A stretch of 64,000 nt of DNA from Candidatus Latescibacterota bacterium (GTDB taxonomy: Bacteria; Latescibacterota; UBA2968; UBA8231). Below the pieces are notes generated by a model that saw nothing but the letters and a program-made list of their open reading frames with translations, was not told where the DNA came from and did no database searches. Position 1 is the first letter of the stretch, and the number at the start of each line of letters is the position of its first letter. This document shows positions 58,223 through 64,000 of this stretch, piece by piece. The stretch covers positions 1,728,001 to 1,792,000 of the forward strand of contig CBDETY010000003.1 of NCBI GenBank assembly GCA_965243025.1, read 5' to 3'. The position numbers and the translations under genes are program-made.

Positions 58223-60532
58223 TCACTGAGGGGTTCCTTCGGCCACAATCCTCCCACCATCCGCTCCGCTCCCGGGGCCAAGAACCAGGATCCAACCAGC
58301 GTTTTTCACCAGCTCGGGATGGCGGTCCGCGACGATGACGGTGGCCTTTTTCGACACAATCTCAGCGAGCAGCTCCACCAAGGCGGATGCGTCTTCCGGA
58401 TGCGCTCCCGCCAGGGGAGCATCCAGGAGCAGCAGGTCCTTCTCCGATGCCCGCCAGAGTGAGGCTGCAAGTTCGAGCCGAAGCCTCTCGGCGAACTCCA
58501 GCCTGCCTGCAGATTGGCCCAATCGGTATCCCCCCATTCCAAATCTGGAGAGCGTATCCAGGGGCGGGGCAATTCTCCCTTCCCGACTGAAATGCCGCCT
58601 TGCCTCATCCACGGTCATGTCGAGGATATCGTTCGGCGAGCGGCCGCGGTGAGTGATCTTCCCTGCTTCCTCGGAGTACCTGCCTCCTTCACAGCCGGAA
58701 CAGGGTGCGGCAACGTCCGCGAGGAAATCGATGGGCAAGCGGAGCCGGCCGGTGCCTTCGCATATTCTGCAGCGTCCACCTGGCCGGTCCAGGTGAAACC
58801 ACCCCGGTTTCAGGCCGAGGGCTACGGCAGCCGGCTGCCTGGAGAACAGGGCGGCAACCGGCCCCAGCAGTCGGATTGTTTGAACCACTGGTTCATCTTC
58901 ATGGCCCCGCAGGTCCCGCAGATCGGTCAGGCGCCGGAGGCTTGCCGTCCTGGCGGAGGCAGGGCCACGCCCCGCTCCTGCGCGCCGCAGTCCGGAGCCG
59001 CCTCCTGAACCCCCAGGCCGTATCGATGGAGCGATAATGTCTCGCAGCAGGCTGGTTGCCCCGGCTCCGGAGCCTCCGGTCACAACGACAAGCCTTCCCG
59101 TGGGAATCTCGACGTCGACCGGGCCCAAGTTGCTGTTTCCCCGGTCTCCCGGATCGCGAATGATAATCGAGGTCGCCGACTCCCCTGGTTCCGAGCAGCC
59201 GACCAGGGGGACGGCCTTCTTTCCGCCAGCACCGCCGACTACCGGATCGGGAGCGGCAAAAACCTCCCCGTGTCGGAAAGCGGAAACCCGGTCGCTTGCG
59301 GCAAACACCGCCGGGTCATTGTCCAGTACAACCACGGTGTTGCCGCCAGCGGCCAGCTCTCTGAGGACCCGAATTGCCTCCCCCAGATGGGTCTCCTCGA
59401 GTCCAGAGCAGGGCTCCACCACGTAAAGGACGCCCGTCAGTGCCCTGCTCGCAGTCAGTGCAAGCACCAGCCGCAGCCACTCTCCCGAGGCCAGGTCCCC
59501 TGTCGACCGGTGCAGCGGAAGGTGATGCAGGCCGAAACCTGAAAGACGGGACAACATGGCGGTTGCTTCTTCCAGGGCCCCTTCAGAGAGCGCGTCCCGC
59601 ATGCCGGAGGTTGAGTCGCGCACATCGCCAAGCCAGGAGATGGCCCGATCAATTCCCATCTCCAGGACAGCCTGGAGGGCACTCCCGGCCAGGGAGAATC
59701 CGACGCCGCTGCTGTCGGATACAGCATCGTCGGTTTGCAGCAACCCCTCACCCGACACGCCGGGATATTCCCGGCCGCAGGAGGTGCAGGTGAGTTGCTG
59801 GTTCAGGGGTATGGTTGCTTTCTTCACGACCAGCAGGGAGCGCCCGCCCGACATGACACGGGCGGTCCGCAAGGCTTCGCCGATGCGACCGAGGGCGTCA
59901 TCGCCGATGTCGACGCGGTCGACCACTACCTCCAGAGTATCGCCGAGCTCTGCCACGGCTTCCGAATCGACCTCCTCACTCCGCCGGACCCCCCCGTTGA
60001 CCAGGATGCGGGGAAAGCCGGCTCGCCTGATTTCCTCGAGAACTGCTGCCGGCTCGCCCCCTGCCTGCAATGCTACCGGGGCTACAACGAGTGCCCGGGT
60101 TCCCGCGAATGAGTCGACGGCATGCCGCGCCGCCTCGGCAACCCCGTAACCCGTACAGCGGCCGTCGCATGCGGGACATGTACTCTCCCCGAGGCGTTCG
60201 AACAGCACCGAAGCCAGTTCTGTGAACCGGAGGAAATCCGCGATCGTTCGGCGCGGCGGGGTTCCCGGAAGCAGTATCGCCGGTGGAAGTCCGAGGATCT
60301 CCTCCACTTCGGCTTTCTGAAGACCGGAATGGAATTCGCGTTCGAATGCGGAAAGTGCCTGCAAGTAGCGCCGTCTTCCCTCGCGGTACAGGACATCGAC
60401 GGCAAGCGTCCGGGCACCGCCACCCGCCGGACCCGTGAAGCAATTGAGCTGGCCGAGCGGAATGTCGAGATCAACCCCTTGCAGACATCCTTCGCGTGCT
60501 CCGCGGATGGCGATCACACCCTTCTCACTCAT
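58223..60532 (-). CDS. UvrA-like protein with degenerate ATPase motifs
   Basis: IRGARE, EGRRRY, VVVDR, GGRCRICEGTG, LGPGSGADGGRIVAEGTP are UvrA hallmarks; Walker and signature motifs are altered. Confidence 0.85.
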   Translation of the reverse strand: MSEKGVIAIRGAREGCLQGVDLDIPLGQLNCFTGPAGGGARTLAVDVLYREGRRRYLQALSAFEREFHSGLQKAEVEEILGLPPAILLPGTPPRRTIADFLRFTELASVLFERLGESTCPACDGRCTGYGVAEAARHAVDSFAGTRALVVAPVALQAGGEPAAVLEEIRRAGFPRILVNGGVRRSEEVDSEAVAELGDTLEVVVDRVDIGDDALGRIGEALRTARVMSGGRSLLVVKKATIPLNQQLTCTSCGREYPGVSGEGLLQTDDAVSDSSGVGFSLAGSALQAVLEMGIDRAISWLGDVRDSTSGMRDALSEGALEEATAMLSRLSGFGLHHLPLHRSTGDLASGEWLRLVLALTASRALTGVLYVVEPCSGLEETHLGEAIRVLRELAAGGNTVVVLDNDPAVFAASDRVSAFRHGEVFAAPDPVVGGAGGKKAVPLVGCSEPGESATSIIIRDPGDRGNSNLGPVDVEIPTGRLVVVTGGSGAGATSLLRDIIAPSIRPGGSGGGSGLRRAGAGRGPASARTASLRRLTDLRDLRGHEDEPVVQTIRLLGPVAALFSRQPAAVALGLKPGWFHLDRPGGRCRICEGTGRLRLPIDFLADVAAPCSGCEGGRYSEEAGKITHRGRSPNDILDMTVDEARRHFSREGRIAPPLDTLSRFGMGGYRLGQSAGRLEFAERLRLELAASLWRASEKDLLLLDAPLAGAHPEDASALVELLAEIVSKKATVIVADRHPELVKNAGWILVLGPGSGADGGRIVAEGTPQ

Positions 60533-60782
60533 TGCCCCTAACGGCCCCTCCTGCAATCTCGGACAATACCCCTCGATTCATACGGGTTCCCTCCGCCTGC
60601 CCCATGGCAGCCCGTTGATAAAGTTGCTCTGCAGGCGAGGCCGAGTCATGGCGGTCGAAGACAAGGCGCGCGACCGAGTCGAATCGAGGGATTCGGGGAG
60701 GGAGCATAACGCCGGATTCGACCGCCAGGGCCGGCCGCAGCCCGGATGGACTTTTTCAACGGGCTGATAGGCATCGGGTGTC

Positions 60783-60811
60783 TTGACGCTCCCAGCCGGC
60801 TGGCGTATGAT
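60783..60811 (+). promoter_or_regulatory. sigma70 promoter of the sigma gene, with a palindrome in the spacer
   Basis: TTGACG-17 bp-TATGAT; spacer contains the perfect palindrome CCAGCCGGCTGG. Confidence 0.6.
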
Positions 60812-60901
60812 TCGCCGTGCTGACCTCGCAGCAGGCAGCAGTTCGTTGCCGGCCGGCTTGATGCCGACTCCACTCCCCTACCGCAACTGGAGATCGAGTT
60901 C

Positions 60902-61888
60902 ATGCTGGATTCCATGCACGACGGCGAAAACGCCATCCGCCTCTACTTCAGCGACATTACCGATTCCAAGCCGCTCTCGCGCGAACGGGAGGTCGAGCTT
61001 TCGGCGCGGATAAACAAGGGTGATATGGAAGCCCGCAACGAGCTCGTGCAGGCGAACTTGCGCTTCGTCATCGACGTGGCCAAGAACTATCAGAACCGCG
61101 GCCTCTCCTTGCCGGACCTCATCAGCGCCGGCAACCTCGGCCTGTTGACTGCGGCGGAACGCTTCGACGGCACCCGGGGTTTCAAGTTCATCTCGTACGC
61201 GGTCTGGTGGATCCGCCAATCCATTTTGCAGGCGGTTGCCGACCAGGCGCGAACCGTTCGCCTTCCCCTGAACAAGCTGTCTCAGTTGCGGGAGATCTCC
61301 GAGGCAGCCCGCAAGCTCGGGCAGGGACGCGAGAACGAGCCAAACGTAGACGACATTGCGGAGGAACTCGAGATACCCGCGCAGGATGTCGTAAACACCC
61401 TGTTGAGCGGACGAAGCGTACGTTCCCTCGATGAGACCTTCGAAAAGGACGACGACCGAAACCTGCTCGATACCCTGACCGATGCCGCTCAGAGCATGCC
61501 GGACAGCGGCCTTGTGGGAGAATCCGCCCGCGCCCAGATCGATGAGATCCTGCAACACCTCGACGGGCGCGAAGGATACGTCATCCTGCGCTACTTCGGC
61601 CTTGACGGCGACGAACCGCTGACTCTCGACCAGATCGGGGACCAACTGGGCGTTACCCGAGAGCGCATCAGGCAGATCAAAGAAAGGGCGCTCAGCCGCC
61701 TGCGTCACCCGTCCTGCTATCCCCCCTTCTTCGGGGGCATCCCTCAGAACGGGCTGCCCGGGCTCGACGAACCCGAACTACCTGGTCTTCCACACCTTGA
61801 AGGGGGGCCGGCCTTCGACCCCTTTGACCCGGCTCCCCCGGAAACCGGTGCCCCGCCCGATACGGATTCAACCGACAACGACTTCTAG
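60902..61888 (+). CDS. RpoD/SigA-family sigma factor lacking region 1.1
   Basis: ANLRFV, KFISYAVWWIRQSI, RTVRLP, GVTRERIRQI. Confidence 0.93.
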   Translation: MLDSMHDGENAIRLYFSDITDSKPLSREREVELSARINKGDMEARNELVQANLRFVIDVAKNYQNRGLSLPDLISAGNLGLLTAAERFDGTRGFKFISYAVWWIRQSILQAVADQARTVRLPLNKLSQLREISEAARKLGQGRENEPNVDDIAEELEIPAQDVVNTLLSGRSVRSLDETFEKDDDRNLLDTLTDAAQSMPDSGLVGESARAQIDEILQHLDGREGYVILRYFGLDGDEPLTLDQIGDQLGVTRERIRQIKERALSRLRHPSCYPPFFGGIPQNGLPGLDEPELPGLPHLEGGPAFDPFDPAPPETGAPPDTDSTDNDF

Positions 61889-62110
61889 TGTCCCGTCGCA
61901 GAAATATCTCGACATCGGGACGCCGATCCATTGAGGGGAAAAATCGCGGTTTAATGAAACCCTCATCCGGTGCGATTTTTCCCCTCAATCCCGGCTCACG
62001 GCGTTGCCTTCGATGGCCGTACACCCTCGGTACGACTCGCTCAGGCGCCTTGTGAGCCGGGCGCCCCGGCATTCCGATTCTGTCAATCTGTCTCTGCGAC
62101 GGGACACCAG
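61885..62110 (-). mobile_element. MITE-like hairpin element, copy 2 (inverted, with an extra internal segment)
   Basis: Reverse complement of 2957-3124 with about 11 substitutions (hand count) plus a 58-bp addition. Confidence 0.85.
61932..61987. repeat. 56-bp palindromic mini-element nested in MITE copy 2
   Basis: Perfect 16-bp inverted repeats TGAGGGGAAAAATCGC/GCGATTTTTCCCCTCA, flanked by AT on both sides; absent from copy 1. Confidence 0.75.
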
Positions 62111-62117
62111 CTTCCTG

Positions 62118-62960
62118 GTGCGGGCGGCTCTACCCTTCCTCGTCGCGGCGCTGCCGCTCAGGGGCATTGCGGGGGAAACCCCAACTGCTCCATTCCCTCA
62201 CCAAATCCTCGACCGCGTCCTCAAGGAGCACGTCGCTGACACAGGTGAGGTAGATTACCGCGCTCTGCAGTTACAGCAGCACGACCTCGCCGCCTACGTC
62301 GACAGCCTGGCCCTGGTCAGCCCGAAGTCCCACGGCAGTCGATTCTCAGGAACCGGAGACAGACTCGCCTACTGGATCAACGCCTACAACGGCCTGGTCC
62401 TGAAGGGGGTGGTTGCGGCGTATCCGGTGGCCAGCGTAATGGCGATCGTCACCGAGGGGTGGTTCTTCAGGGAACAGAAGTTCGTGGTAGGCGGAGTGGA
62501 GATGACCCTCGATCACCTCGAGAACCGGATCATCCGTCCGGAATTCAGGGATGCCCGTATCCACTTTGCCATCAACTGCGCGGCAGCGAGCTGTCCGCGG
62601 CTCGAGAATCGCGCCTTTGACGGTCCCACCCTCGAGCAGCGCCTCGAAGCGGCGACGAAACGCTTCTCCCGTACTGCTTCCCACGTACGTATAGACCGGG
62701 ATGCGCGGATCGTGTACCTGTCGAAAATCATGGAGTGGTTCGCCCGGGACTTCCAAGCGGATTCTTCAGCGCCGAACCAGAACGGACACGGGGCCCTGAG
62801 CCCGCAGCTACGCTTCCTCCTGCCCTATCTGCGGCCGAGCGACGCGGAATACCTCAGGGGGAATCCCGACATTGCCGTAACCTTTGTCGAATACGACTGG
62901 GCGTTGAACGACAGAGTGTATCCCGACCCTGAACCGGACCGGGATTCGGGGGCTAATTGA
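62118..62960 (+). CDS. DUF547 domain exported protein
   Basis: VDY, LAYWINAYN, TLDHLEN, DARIHFAINCAAASCP, LSKIMEWF, YDWALN. Confidence 0.9.
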   Translation: MRAALPFLVAALPLRGIAGETPTAPFPHQILDRVLKEHVADTGEVDYRALQLQQHDLAAYVDSLALVSPKSHGSRFSGTGDRLAYWINAYNGLVLKGVVAAYPVASVMAIVTEGWFFREQKFVVGGVEMTLDHLENRIIRPEFRDARIHFAINCAAASCPRLENRAFDGPTLEQRLEAATKRFSRTASHVRIDRDARIVYLSKIMEWFARDFQADSSAPNQNGHGALSPQLRFLLPYLRPSDAEYLRGNPDIAVTFVEYDWALNDRVYPDPEPDRDSGAN

Positions 62961-63795
62961 AAAACGGGTTGTTCGTTTTTTCTTCCCCCACGGTCGTCGC
63001 CGGCCCATGCCCGGGGTAAAGGATCACCTGGTCTTCCAGCGCGAGGATGCCTTCGCGAACCGCTTGGCGCTGCCCTTCGTAGGCGACGCGGCTTCGCGTT
63101 CCCCCGAGGGATCCGGCAAACAGGGCATCCCCCACAAATGCGAAATGGTCGTGGACGATGGTCATCCCTCCCGGTGTGTGACCGCCCGTGGCGGTCACTG
63201 TGAACTGGAGATTGCCAACCGTCACAATCTGCCCTTCTTCCAGTTCACCTTCGATCTTGGTGCGCAGATTCCCGAGCATTGGGGAATCCGCACGACTGAT
63301 GAAGGCGGGAGCACCTGTCGCCTGACATACCTCGGACAGCGCCCCCGTATGGTCTCCGTGGCCATGCGTGAGAAGCACTGAGACAATGCGGAGATCCAGC
63401 GTCTCTACGGTTTTCAGTATTTTTTCCGCCTCGAATCCCGGGTCGATGACCGTTCCCTGTCCGGTTTCGGCGCAGCCAACGACGTAACCGTTCATCAGGA
63501 AATCGCGGCCGAGCACCAGCATCTCCACGACCGCCCCGGCGACCGGACGCCCTGCCGGGAACAGCGGAAAAAACCGTTTACCCGCACTCGCCCGGAGTTT
63601 GTCGCGAGCGAGGCCCAGGATGTCGGCCAGGCGGTCAACCGCCTCGACGTGCGGGGTCAGCCGATACTCCTCGATCCGGTTCAGATCTTCCTCGCTCAGC
63701 CCGGAAAGACGGGCGAGCCGCGCTGTAGACATCTCCTGCCCGCGACGAGCTTTACCGACCACGTCCCCGAACTCGTCCTCAAGCTGCATGTACAT
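62953..63795 (-). CDS. XRE-HTH plus metallo-beta-lactamase-fold hydrolase fusion
   Basis: N-terminal HTH (DVVGKARRG...LARLSGLS); THGHGDH, GHTPG, GDALF, PGHG. Confidence 0.88.
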   Translation of the reverse strand: MYMQLEDEFGDVVGKARRGQEMSTARLARLSGLSEEDLNRIEEYRLTPHVEAVDRLADILGLARDKLRASAGKRFFPLFPAGRPVAGAVVEMLVLGRDFLMNGYVVGCAETGQGTVIDPGFEAEKILKTVETLDLRIVSVLLTHGHGDHTGALSEVCQATGAPAFISRADSPMLGNLRTKIEGELEEGQIVTVGNLQFTVTATGGHTPGGMTIVHDHFAFVGDALFAGSLGGTRSRVAYEGQRQAVREGILALEDQVILYPGHGPATTVGEEKTNNPFFN

Positions 63796-64000
63796 GTTTG
63801 TTCCCTTTCCTGAAATCCGTGCCGGTCAGCGCCGAGGGCAAAGCCCGGGCTGTGCTATCCCCCCATTTCGAGGGAAGCCACCAGCTGTTCGAAATCGACG
63901 GTCCAGAGACCAACGGAAGCCTGGGAGCCAGTCAGTTTCAGGTGGTAGACGGTATTTCCTGCCCTGACAATGGCTGCAAGCATGCGGAATTCCGGTACGA

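Overview
GC-rich bacterial chromosomal window that is densely coding. I found no rRNA, tRNA, CRISPR array, transposase or prophage. Gene content resembles Latescibacterota/PVC-type bacteria (weak inference). Housekeeping genes include mreB/mreC, purB, a pyrH-like gene, cysC, ftsH, an E2 acyltransferase, hemE, korAB and an RpoD-family sigma factor. Accessory modules are: a TPAT-type TRAP transporter next to sugar-acid enzymes; a PspA/CesT/DUF4178/DUF350 envelope operon with a membrane spermidine synthase and a Tat-exported flavo-oxidase; an ECF sigma/anti-sigma unit; and a two-gene membrane system (giant M28-like/FtsX fusion plus an OPT-like transporter with inserted Zn-finger, Fn3-like and Ca-binding modules), which is my best candidate for an undescribed system. 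Two inverted copies of a ~168-bp hairpin MITE-like element each overlap a TAG stop codon, and one carries an extra 56-bp palindromic insert flanked by AT. Several intact ORFs appear to have lost catalytic residues (UvrA-like, HisI-like, GT9-like, GH-like, M28-like). All calls come from reading motifs by eye; no database searches were run.
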